From assembly GCF_006345805.1 (NCBI RefSeq), contig NC_043020.1, forward strand, positions 27,776,001 through 27,840,000: a DNA stretch of 64,000 bases, read 5' to 3'. This stretch comes from Octopus sinensis (lineage: Eukaryota). A model generated the notes under the pieces. It did not search any database. It was not told the origin of the DNA and worked only from the letters and a program-made list of their open reading frames with translations. The translations under genes were made by a program, and so were the position numbers. Numbering within the stretch: position 1 is the first letter of the stretch; the number at the start of each line of letters is the position of its first letter. This document shows, piece by piece, positions 40,291 through 53,078 of this stretch.

Positions 40291-41560
40291 TTAGCATGGT
40301 CAGCCGAAAAACATTATTATATAATTCACGGTAGGCAGCCAGTGTTGCCAGGTATGCCAATAAAATGTAAGAGTTAAGGAAGGGAGTAGATGATCCGGCT
40401 ACATATATTTCCTAGCAAGCGGAACTTCGGAAGGGGTTAATACCCAAGCGAGGTGTATACTGCAGGCTACTCTTCAGGCGAAGGGTATCTTAGTTAAATG
40501 AAGATTACCATGTCGCAAAGTGATGCATGTGAACACACGGACGCATTTATTAGTCGCTGTGAAGATCGAACCCTCCGTGTGTTCACATGCGTCGCCTTGC
40601 GACAAGGTAAACTTCATTTAATCAAGATACCCTTGGCCTGAAGCTAAGTGCGCGCGTACACACACACACCAACACAAACCAGATACACACACACACAAAC
40701 ACACACACACACACATAGCGTGTAACGTTACAACAAAACTACTAAATCATACGTTTAACAGTTATATGTGTAATTAATTCGTATATAGATTCTCTCTCTC
40801 TCTATCTCTATCTCTATCTCACACACACACTACAGAAACATAACACTGTTATCATAACAGTAATACACAATTCGTATATAGCTACTCAAACACACGCTGT
40901 ATTAACGACCTGTTCTGCGTTTATGGAACGAAAGAATTTTAAGGAAGAGAACCGAATACATTTAGAAAACTGTTGTAAATATATTAGTGGCGATTACCAC
41001 TCAAGTCCTAATTAATTTGCTCAATTAGTGAATTATACATTTTCAACGGATTGAAATGAAGACAGTTACTACTAAATGATACAGGCAGCCATGACATCGG
41101 TTACCATCGGCCACATATCATGTAGGGGTAAACATGGGAAAATAATAAAGATTCAGTAAATTAGGGTCTTTACCGTGTCGATATTTATGTTTCCCTCCGA
41201 ACTCTTCTCCTTCATGCGTAAAACGAGTCAGAAGTGCAAAATCTATTAGATTGGTGATGTGTTATTGGGGATATCGGATTTTTTTCCGAATGTATTTAGG
41301 GGCAACTCTGCTATGATGTTGATAAGCAAGACATTTCGTGTTTGGCGGTAAGTTGACATTAGTTCAGGTCTTTCGTTTAGTATTAAGACTGGGCGACAAT
41401 CATATCACAACGTTCCTCTTTACGAAGTTCAATGTAGACGCACTCTTAGAGACCTTGTGACATAATCGATGTCTCCGCAAAAATACAAACCACGCCAGTT
41501 AAGTGACGAACCGATCCAACATTCACATACATGACCAGCCACGTGATCAATGCTTTAGCA

Positions 41561-41762
41561 CAGTGGTTCTCAGCCTGGGGCCCGCGGATCCCTGGTGGTC
41601 TGCAAATGTAGTACTGGGGATTCGTAAACTAAATTCAATATTTCATCTATCTATCTATCTACATATAAGGATAAGGATAAAAAGGGTCTGTGGGAAAACT
41701 CATTTAAATAAAAGGGTTGCGAACACTGTCGCGAACCACTGGGAAAAGGTCGGGAACCACTG
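41561..41762. mobile_element. hAT (Charlie-like) MITE with 8-bp target-site duplication
   Basis: TIRs cagtggttctc / gggaaccactg. Exact direct repeat CTTTAGCA at 41553-41560 and 41763-41770. Confidence 0.9.
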
Positions 41763-43181
41763 CTTTAGCAGAATGACTTTTGCGAGTACCTTGGCCAGAA
41801 CTCAGAGGTGGAGTTCTACACACTCCGCACAGCAGATAAATTTAGTCCTTTTCTATGCCGTCAACTATTTGTCACAGTATCGTGTTTCTTACTGAATGTC
41901 TGAGTGTATTTATAAGTAAAGTCGTTTCTGTATATTTATATTTTATATAAAATCTAGATATGACAGAAAAAAAATCTAGTCTTAGATTTGAAGTCAGCTA
42001 ACCGAAAATAGCTTGGTCTTCTGTAATAAAATCTCTGTTGTCGAGTGCTATCAAAAATTATTTGGTATATAGCATCGTTAGATGTATGATATTATCAGGT
42101 ATTTGATATTATCAGGTGTACATAATATCCTCAATAATATTATTAATTTCAGAACGCATAAAATTGATTTCAATGATTTACTATTGATTTCTTGTATTTC
42201 AGAGAACGCACCACAGTCGATAAATTCTTGCCTAAACCAAGAATATAAAGAGTCGTAAAGAAATACTAAAAGAACTCTACCAATTCTGTCCACTGTCATT
42301 TGTCACTGAACTACCATTGCCTCAAGATGGATCTTCAGTTTCAACCAGATTTTATATACAAGAATTGAATTCCATGGGAACGACTCAACCTGAATTGGAA
42401 ACTGCATTGTAATCGCCTCTATACAGGTCACATTGAACTAATCTAAAACATCATTAAACAGGTGAAAGAATGCAAATCCTTTTGCAAACGGAGCATTCTA
42501 TATCGCATCTACACTGGGATTTTACAGAGAATGTTATTAAACAAATCAAAGAACCAAGTGGAATTGAACACACACCTTTCAATAACTAATCGGTTACTAC
42601 ATATCTTTCAACAGTTTCTCACGTGTGACGTCTCTTATAGGACACGGTAAAAGAATCTTAGAACCTGCGGTCTCTGTGTTTTACTGTCACAATTCTACAC
42701 TTTAACTGTTATTTTGCTTTATTGTATTCTGACTGTGTTGTACTATTTTCTATTTCTAACTAAAGGAGAAGCGAAATAAGTTACTAAATTAACCATAACT
42801 GACATATGCTGATCCTTACCTTTCTAATGATCGATAAATGACTTGCATGTTTAACAATAATAATTATACCAAAATCTTGTGAATTATTACAGTACTACGA
42901 CACATCTTAATCATAATTTTGAATGAACATATTTCATCCCTTGAAGAAAATACTATTTTAAGACAAAATAAATATTTTTTTAATATAATGAAATCAATCA
43001 TGGCAAACAGATCCAGATGAACAAATCGAAAGAGTAATTTGTTAAACTGCAGTAACTGTCCGTTAGTTTTTGTTGGAATATTTACAATTTACATCATTCG
43101 CTGTTTATTATACGTTCAGACTCTCTGGAGTTTCAGGTTTACGATATTTGCATTGAGAGATTCAGTCGGAAGGACGTAATA

Positions 43182-44644
43182 ATGTCGAAGTACACCAGTT
43201 GTATGGAGCGTTATTATTCATGTCGATGGAGACTATGTTATGCTTCTACTGTCGTTTTTCTTCTCTCGCAAACACTAAGAGTTGATCTAAGCATGGGATT
43301 TGTTTGTATGTTGAAGAGACCCAATCGTACAACTGAGGAACTTAACATTACTTCAACTAACCAACATTGTTCTGGTTCGAATAGTTATTCAGTTATTCGA
43401 AATTATGAAGGAGAATTCGAATGGAGCGACACCTTACAAGCAACCATGTTAGCTGGGTACTTCTATGGCTCTATAGCAACTACTTATTTGGGCGGTTTAT
43501 TGGCGGACAAATATGGCGGTAAACGAGTTCTTGGTGGTTCACTTCTCACTTCATCCATTCTGACCCTTCTTTGCCCAAGTTTATCACGAATTAGTGTGTA
43601 CTATATGATTGTTCTAAGAATATTAATAGGTATGGCATCAGGAGTGGTGGCCCCAGCGATACACTCCGCATTTGCACGTTGGCTCCCTCCAGAAGAAATT
43701 AGTTTATCCATTGGGTTTACATTCGCCGGACAAATTGTAGGTACCGTTGTAGGTCTTTCAACATCAGGTTATCTTTGTGTTTATGGCTTCGATAATGGAT
43801 GGGGTTCTATATTTTATGTATTTGGTGGAATATCGTTGCTGTTTAGTTGTGTGTGGTTTTATGTTGTTTATGATAATCCAGACGTCCATCCCACTATCAG
43901 CAAAGGAGAACGTGCTTACTTGAAGAGAACTGTAATAAGTAAGAGACTAGTTAAAAAAATACCTTGGAAACGACTGCTTTTTTCCCCTGCTGTTTGGGCC
44001 ATCATCTTCGGTTTGTTCGCTTATGCCTGGACTTTCATAACTTTCGAGACATTGCTCCTCTATATATGAAAGAAGCCTTAAAGGTTGATTCAGCCTCCAA
44101 CGGTTTCATGTCGTCTGCTCCTTCGGTTGGACAAATTATTTCTATGCCATTATGTGGAAAGCTTGCAGATTTTATACGTTCAAAGAAATACCTGTCAACT
44201 CGTTCTGTTCGGGTTTTATTTCAAACCATTTCTCTGATTGCTTCAGCGTGTCTGATGATTGTCATCGGATTCCTCAGATGTGACCAAAGCGTTCTGATAA
44301 CTATCCTCTTATTTCTCAGTGGTATAACTTTATCATTTGCCAGTGGCGGTGTTGGTGTCAATAACAGAGACATTGCTCCAAGTTATGTTGGTATTATATA
44401 TGGAATTGCAAACACTTTCGCAATAAGTTCGGGCGGCATGTGTTCCTTAACTACAAAAGCTTTAACCCCAAACGGTACGCAAGAAGAATGGCAGATTGTA
44501 TTAGTCTTGTGTGCCGGTATATGTGTGTCTGGGGCAATATTGTATATAATATTGGCAAGAGGAGAAATCCAAGAATGGGCAAGGTCTGAAGGATCTAGCT
44601 CAATGGATCATCCAAAGGAGATAAATAACAGTACAACAATATAA
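43182..44644 (+). pseudogene. SLC17A5-like: SLC17/sialin-like paralog D, single 1-bp deletion at about 44056 (pseudogene or sequencing error)
   Basis: ORFs 43182-44069 and 43964-44644 join into a full-length paralog if one base is restored in ttg ct_ cct cta tat atg (LLPLYM in all paralogs). No other lesion seen. Confidence 0.6.
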
Positions 44645-44911
44645 GCTGTCCACTTTTGTTATGTCTAGATTAGTTTGACGTCGTTATTTTCATTTGAAAA
44701 TTCGCTGACGATTCTTAATATTTTCCTTAATATATCGGTGCGTGTGTTGCTGTGTGCTAAGAAGATATATCCCCAGACACATGCTTTTCTTCTCAGTTCC
44801 ACTGCGTGGCAATTTGGTATCTGTCTTCTACTATAGTCTCGGGCTAACCAAAGCCTTGTGAGTGGATTTGATAGATGGAAACTGAAAGAAGCCCGTCATG
44901 TATATATATAT

Positions 44912-44959
<48 letters not shown>

Positions 44960-44972
44960 ATATATATATATG

Positions 44973-45225
44973 TTTTTACATACAAATTAAGGACTGAACA
45001 CGAAAAGTGGACAGTCAACATGCTAGATATAGACGTCAAATCGCCATTCTCCACAAAGAGTATGTTCTCAAATAAAACTCAGCACAAAACCAAAGCATTA
45101 AACAAGACAAATGTGCTGAGTTTTATTTGAAAACATACTCTTTGTGGAGAATGGCGATTTGACGTCTATATCTAGCATGGTGACTGTCCACTTTTCGTGT
45201 TCAGTCCTTAATTTGTATGTAAAAA
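44973..45225. repeat. Inverted repeat, 114-bp arms, 25-nt spacer, 2 mismatches
   Basis: 44973-45086 is the reverse complement of 45112-45225. Confidence 0.95.
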
Positions 45226-45427
45226 TATTTTAATCTTCGGATTCTTTTTAATATGCTAGACCACTGGTTTTAATTGACTAATATCAATTTCTACCCTTAA
45301 TTAATTTTATATATATATATATATGTTTATATATACACAGCGGGCTTCATATTAAATAATAATATGACAACAAAAGAATGAATGAGACCTCGATATTATG
45401 TAGAATAGAGGAATTTATCTATAACTA

Positions 45428-45599
45428 TAATATGTGACAATTAGTTGGTTGTCATGATAAAACTCTGAGTTTCGGATGATACAGGAGATGAAGTCCTCTC
45501 CGGCATCTCATTTTAATAACTGATGAGATGCCGGAGCGGACTTCATCTCCGGTATGGCATCTCTCAGTTTTATTATGACAACCAACTAATTGTCACATA

Positions 45600-45602
<3 letters not shown>
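45428..45602. repeat. Imperfect inverted repeat, about 80-bp arms, containing hammerhead-like halves
   Basis: atatgtgacaattagttggttgtcat...ccggcatctcat / atgagatgccgg...atgacaaccaactaattgtcacatat. Confidence 0.9.
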
Positions 45603-45631
<29 letters not shown>

Positions 45632-45636
45632 TATAT

Positions 45637-45670
<34 letters not shown>

Positions 45671-45729
45671 CATAAACACAAGGCAGGAACGAGTACAGAG
45701 ATGTCTTCACACAATTTAAATAAACAAAT

Positions 45730-45901
45730 AGGCGCAAGAGTGGCTGTGTGGTAAGTAGCTTGCTTACCAACCACATGGTTCCAGGTTCAGTCCCAGCGCG
45801 TGGCATCTTGGGCAAGTGTCTTCTGCTATAGCCCCGGGCCGACCAATGCCTTGTGAGTGGATTTGGTAGACGGAAACTGAAAGAAGCTCGTCGTATATAT
45901 G

Positions 45902-45940
<39 letters not shown>

Positions 45941-46390
45941 TTGTGTGTCTGTGTTTGTCCCCCTAGCATTGCTTGACAACCGATGCTGGTGTGTTTACGT
46001 CCCCATCACTTAGCGGTTCGGCAAAAGAGACCGCCTTTTGTCGAGCAACTCGACCCCGGGACTTATTCTTTTGTAAGCCCAGTACTTATTCTAGCGGTCT
46101 CTTTTGCCGAACCGCTAAGTAACGGGGACATAAACACACCAGCATCGGTTGTCAAGCAATGCTAGGGGGACAAACACAGACACACAAACATATACACACA
46201 CACTTATATATATATATACATACATACGACAGGCTTCTTTCAGTTTCCGTCTACCAAATCCACTCACAAGGCATTGGTCGGCCCGAGGCTATAGTAGAAG
46301 ACACTTGCCCAAGGTGCCACGCAGTGGGACTGAACCCGGAACCATGTGGTTGGCAGACAAGCTACTTACCACACAGCCACTCCTGCGCCT
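45730..46390. mobile_element. Tail-to-tail inverted pair of SINE-A copies
   Basis: Plus copy 45730-46033 and minus copy 46034-46390. Confidence 0.92.
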
Positions 46391-46952
46391 ATGTATGTGC
46401 ATATTTCATTAATTTGCATGTACGGCTCATAATTCGTTTGCCTCTACTGATGGTATTTTAATAATACCATTCCTCTTATATTTATTCATAAATAACTTCA
46501 CACATTTCGTTTGCTTAAACAGTGTTTTGTCACTTCAAACGAACTTTTGCACGCACGGTAGGAGAATATTTTAATATTAGTTAGCTGAAAGACTTTTGCT
46601 AAAGAGAAACAGGCACCTATTTGGCCCTAATTTCGAAACCAGTACCAAGTTGACCAGCATTACCTGTGCTGACCTATCAAAGGTAAGACGTTATTAATGT
46701 CTGTATTAGATTTATGACTATTCTATCTCTATTATATATATATATATATATGTGTGGAAACCCTTACGCTAGAAAGAGATCCGCTATGGTCTCAACCACT
46801 AAGAATTGTTCTCCAGAAAATTTAGCACACCAGAAACTTAAGCGATGTTATAAAATTAATATCCAATTTTTCCCCCTCATCTTGATTTTATATATATATA
46901 TATATATATATAGAAGACTATTGTAGTTCGCTTGGAGCATTGTGCATTGTTT

Positions 46953-47073
46953 GTAAAGAATAAAAAGTTTTGAATGGTACAACAATGTACTATAATACAA
47001 AAAATGGACAGGTATATAGTCCATTTTTGTATTATAGTACATTGTTGTACCATTCAAAAATGTTTATTCTTTA
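46953..47073. repeat. Hairpin, about 55-bp arms, 9-nt loop
   Basis: tgaatggtacaacaatgtactataatacaaaaaatggac-aggtatata-gtccatttttgtattatagtacattgttgtaccattca. Confidence 0.92.
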
Positions 47074-47099
47074 TATATATATATATATATATATACATA

Positions 47100-47151
<52 letters not shown>

Positions 47152-47639
47152 CATACACACACACATATATATATATACACAAATATACATATATATATAT
47201 ATACATACATACACACATACACACATACACACACACACACACACACAACACACACACACACATATATACAAACATATACATGCATATATGTTGTTTATGT
47301 TTGGCATTGTGACTCACACAAACTGATTAGATTTTGGAAATGACTCGATGCAAGGATTTGGGATTATTTTTCTGTCTTTTTTTTGTTTTTTTTATACTTA
47401 ATCTTTGAGAGCAGTCGGGTTCATTTTTAGTATTCTCATTCGTGAGATAAGTCGAGTTTATTTCAGATATTCTCCTTTTAAAAGTTATCTGCGGCTAATC
47501 ATTGAGAGGACGTTGATGTTGCCTTGGCGAAGGTTTGCTCTCCCTGAGGGCTCTAATTCTTTTAATCTTTTATTTGTTTCAGTCATTAGATCGTGACCAT
47601 GTTGGGACACCATCTTGAAGAACATTCAGGGGAAAAATC

Positions 47640-48510
<871 letters not shown>

Positions 48511-49067
48511 CACATATGTAGACACACTTGCCATTTAGATATTTCTTTCCAGTTGATACATACTCATATAATGAAACTTCGTAATATATTTTTTTGTTTA
48601 ATTCCTTTTTTATTCTTTATTCTATATTCGTTTTTCTTTACTTTTTTTGTGGGGGGGGTTTACCTCCCATACGAATTACGTTTGAATATCTTTAATCAAC
48701 TCTAACATTTTCTATGCTGCTGACACCGTCGGATGGAGTGGGCATGCTTCTGGTGTTAAAACTATGAAGATATCTGACTACCTAACTGAAGATGAGATAT
48801 TTCATATATACATAGATTGATTTTGCGTTTTCTCCTTGTTTTCTTGTTTTTTTGCTATTCGTTGTTGCTGTTCTAATGAATTCGTTTATAAATTTATTGA
48901 TTTTATCATTGTTATACAATATTTTGTAAAGGAAATATTTTGAGATAGATGATAGAAGACGAGGAGGTCGATGTCATCAACGATAAAGTCAAGTGTAGCT
49001 AGCGGGTTGTCACTCGTGTTTGGATGTTTACATTATATTTTGTTTCTTATAATTGTAACCGTTTAAG

Positions 49068-49350
49068 TGGAAGCGCGTGGTTTAGTGGTTAGGGTGTTTG
49101 TAATTTCAATTCCTGGACCGGGCAACGCGTTGTGTTCTTGGGCAAGACACTTCACTTCGCGTTGTCCAGTTCACTCAGCTGGCAAAACGAGTAATCTTGC
49201 GACGGACGACGTCCCGTCCGGGTAGGGAATATAAAAGCCATGAAATGCGGAAAACCGGTCCTTATGAGCCGGTATGAGTCCAGAAAGAAACTCTTCTAAC
49301 TTTTTAAGGCGGCGGGCTGGCAGAATCGTTAGCACGCTGGACGAGATGCT
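49068..49350 (+). mobile_element. CORE-type SINE followed by a SINE-B head
   Basis: gttgtgttcttgggcaagacacttcac CORE-like segment, then ggcggcgggctggcagaatcgttagcacg. Confidence 0.7.
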
Positions 49351-49789
49351 TAGCTGTATTTCTATTGTTTTGTAGGAGCTGGACAACATTCTCAGCTATC
49401 CTAAACATCTGGAGCCATTCTAGGATCCATGAGTGTGGCACACTATCATGCCTTTTGGTAATCATTCCATGCCGTTGCTATGTTTTTCTTCCTACGTTTG
49501 AGCAATATTTATCTTCTGTTACATATATTGAATGTATTACATATTTGTGTAAGTGTGTTATGGAATAAATTTTTTTCCTTTACTCTTTTCCTTATTTAAA
49601 TTATCATTGTTGTTGTTGTTATACATTGTGTGAAGCAATATAATATGCCTATTGGATTATAACATGAATTTAGAAAGTGCTCTCCTTTTCTAATCAGCTG
49701 GGGTTTAATCAATGCTTATTTAATTAGCTGAATAGTATGCGAGCTAAGTACCTACATGAAGTGCTGACCAGATGATAGCCTTTTATACA

Positions 49790-50330
49790 AGCAATGAGTC
49801 ATTGATAATGCCATGTGAGGCCCTTATATGACATTTGATCCCCGCCAAAGAGTTGTACATTTGATGGCATAATACAGATTTGAGCTGGCTGGCAGAAGGA
49901 ACCGGTGTCACAGAATGAAGTCTTTTGACATGCCTTTTTAATCCAACTGAACGACACACCTTTCCATAGGTTGCGCATAATCTGTTGTCAACAAATAGCT
50001 GTATCATACTTCACAAGGGGTCGATTCTTGTAGCTTCTTTGATAGCTGACCAGGCCTGCACGACTTAAGCATTGCACCCTAAAAGTCACACGCGTGAAAA
50101 CCCATACTTCTTCGTTTTCCACAAGTTCGTTCTTTCAAAGCTTTCTCCTGATCTTCTCCGGCTAAATTCTCTCTCTTCGGGAAACCATTGTACACTATTT
50201 CCCTCCATCTCTTTCCGTCTTGCGCTACTCGCCCCCAATCAACATCTGAAATTCCTGTTTGAGTCAAAGCAGTCTTAAGGCAGTCTATGAACCTCGTTTT
50301 GCGTTTAGGTATGTGGCCTCTTACTATCTT
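49790..50330 (-). mobile_element. RTE-clade LINE 3' fragment
   Basis: KRKTRFIDCLKTAL..DW.RVAQD.KRWR followed by degenerate C2H2-like segments (C.TYGKVCRSVGLKRHVKRLH), typical of RTE C-termini. Confidence 0.6.
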
Positions 50331-51014
50331 CCAGCTCATCTTACACACATGCATACAAACATATATACATACAGACATATATACATGCATGCATGCATAC
50401 TTACATACATACACACATACCAAAAATGGAGCCTTGTGTCTTTGTTAGAAACTGGCTCCCTCCTCAGTGGAAGATTTATAATGATTAGCAAATAGAAGAT
50501 ACATACATACATACACACACACACACATACATACATACATACATACATACATACATACATACATACATACATACATACATACATACATACATACATACAT
50601 ACATACATACATACATACATACATTAGCACACCTTCAGTTGTATACTACTGACAAATATGTAACATTATCAGGTCGATATATAATCATCAGGTGTATGAA
50701 TTATCAATAATATTCTCAGTGTTATCAAGAAGAGGAAATATAATATTGATCTCAGTGATTTATTATTGATTTCTTACATTTCAGTTCAAGCACTCCGATC
50801 GATTGGTTCTTGTCAGAATTAAGAAGATAAAGAGGCGTTTGGAAATATTCGAAGAACTTTGTTTCTCGACTTCAATTCTCTCCACCGACATTTCTCACTG
50901 AAATATTATTCTTTAAAGCTGAAATTACATGGTACGACTCAACATGAGAATCGAACTGCAATCTAAACTCCAAGGATATATATCCAGGACTAATATAAAA
51001 TACAATTAAACATA

Positions 51015-51230
51015 TGGAGGCGCAATGGCCTAGTGGTTAGGGCAGCGGACTTGCGGTCGGAGGATCGCGGTTTCGATTCCCAGACCGGGCGTTGTGTGTG
51101 CTTATTGAGCGAAAACACCTAAAAGCTCCACGAGGCTCCGGCAGGAGGTGGTGACCCCTGCTGTACTCTTTCACCACTCTAAAAGGCGGTGCTCCAGCAT
51201 GGCCGCAGTCAAATGACTGAAACAAGTACA
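51015..51230 (+). mobile_element. Chimeric SINE: family C head joined to family A tail
   Basis: Family C sequence to about 51180, then aaaggcggtgctccagcatggccgcagtcaaatgactgaaacaagta. Confidence 0.8.
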
Positions 51231-51563
51231 GAAAAAAAAATATCAATAAACACAAACCACGCTGCAAACCCATCATTCTAAGACTATTCTACCATTCTAT
51301 ATCGCAGCTACACCAAGATTTTAGAAAGAATATTATTAAAGAAAGCGGCCAGCTGGAATCGAACGCCCATCTTTGAATAACCAGTCGGTTGCCTCAATCC
51401 TTTCAACAGATTCTTATGCATGTGCGAGGTCTTTATACATTCAGTTTACACAGAAAGAATTGGAAGTGGTGGCATTAATTCCTGTCTCAACAGAATCTCT
51501 GAATTGATATTCTCTCAAACTTACTGTCACAATTCTGCCCCTTCACAGTTACTTTATTTTTTG

Positions 51564-51953
51564 ACTAGCAGTATCGCCCGGCGTTGCTCGGTTTGTTTCG
51601 ACCCTTTAGAATTGGTATTTTTGAAAAGTAAAAATTTTGCATTATGTAGCTTGTTATTCTCTTTAAGTGAACATTTTTCTGGTTGAAATACACAGAAAAA
51701 TGGCGACACAGCAGTCAAAAAATCGTAAAAAATAGGGATTTTCATAGAAAAAAGCACCTTTTTGATATAAATAATTTTTGGTGTTAACATGGTCCGATTT
51801 GAATTTTTTCTTCTACGGAAGGAAGAGCAAGCCTTCTTCTATCATACTCTCAATTTTGGTCAACTTGCGCCCCAGGGTCTCGGAGGAGATAGTGTTAGTT
51901 GAAGGCTACCAAAGCTGCCATACACAGACAACTTCAGCTTTATATAGAGAGAT
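51564..51953 (+). mobile_element. Helitron/Helentron-associated non-autonomous element (HINE/DINE-1-like)
   Basis: Starts actagcagtatcgcccggcgttgctcgg and ends cagctttatatagagagat. It interrupts a segment that is continuous in the paralogous upstream regions. Confidence 0.55.
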
Positions 51954-52257
51954 TACACTCTTATCTTCACTGATGCATTTTTCTTTTACTCGTAAGCAAA
52001 GGTCAGACTAAATAGGTTACCAAACGATCGTAACCGACGTTTATCCATACAGTGACTGCATTGATAAAACTGTATCAGTCACAGTGACTGGTAATTAACG
52101 TTCGTGTTTTATTGATAGTAAATTGTACCAACATACTGTGAGATGCAACTGCACTAAAAGCTGTAAAAACAGATTTTATGAGATGAAATCGTCTTAAACA
52201 AACCAACAAAATTGACAAAGCAATGAATTAAGTTCTTAAACTGCAATTATTATCTTC

Positions 52258-52677
52258 TAGTCTTTACTCTTTTACTCTTTTACTTGTTTCAGTCATTTGA
52301 CTGCGGCCATGCTGGAGCACCACCTTTAGTCAAGCAAATCGACCCCAAGACTTATTCTTTGTAAGCCTAGTACTTATTCTATCGGTCTCTTTTGCCGAAC
52401 CGCTAGATTGTCAAGCGATTTTGCGGCGGACAAACACAAACACACAAACACACACACACACACTCATATATATATATGTGACCTCGTGAAGACGACCTGC
52501 AATTTTTTTTTCCTGTCCTCCCGTCTCGGGATCTTTCTTTCTTTCTCTTATGTTTCCGACGAAGAGCTCCGCTCGAAACGTCATACCCTCCTTCTTCCAT
52601 TTTCCTGAGCGCCTAATAATAATAATACTGTAATTGTTCCACGTGTTGTTGTTTTTTCTGTTTTCCCGTTTGGATTA

Positions 52678-52775
<98 letters not shown>

Positions 52776-52970
52776 TATAATATATATATATATACATATA
52801 AATATATACGATGGGCTTCTTTCAGTTTCCGTCTACCAAATCCACTCACAAGGCCTTGGTCGGCCCGAGGCTATATAGAAGACACTTGCTCAAGGTGCCA
52901 CGCAGTGGGACTGAACCCGGAACCATGTGGCTTGTAAGCAAGTACTTACCACACAGCCACTCTTACGCCT
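52258..52970 (-). mobile_element. SINE-A split by a hammerhead-like element and (TA)n
   Basis: Tail 52258-52480, inserted element about 52500-52680, (TA)n to 52800, head 52805-52970. Confidence 0.8.
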
Positions 52971-53078
52971 ATAGTCTTTGTTTACACTTTTACAATTCAC
53001 ATCACTCACAGTTTTATATATTTTCAAACAATAAACTTCCAGCAAAATATTGTGAGAATTAGTAGAAAGGCCATAATA

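Noticed and set aside
39617-40334. MYVC-repeat ORFs, and similar [16 protein letters not shown] and SLSL ORFs across the window
   Set aside because: They are translations of (TATG)n, (TA)n, (CA)n, (TAA)n and (CT)n microsatellites.
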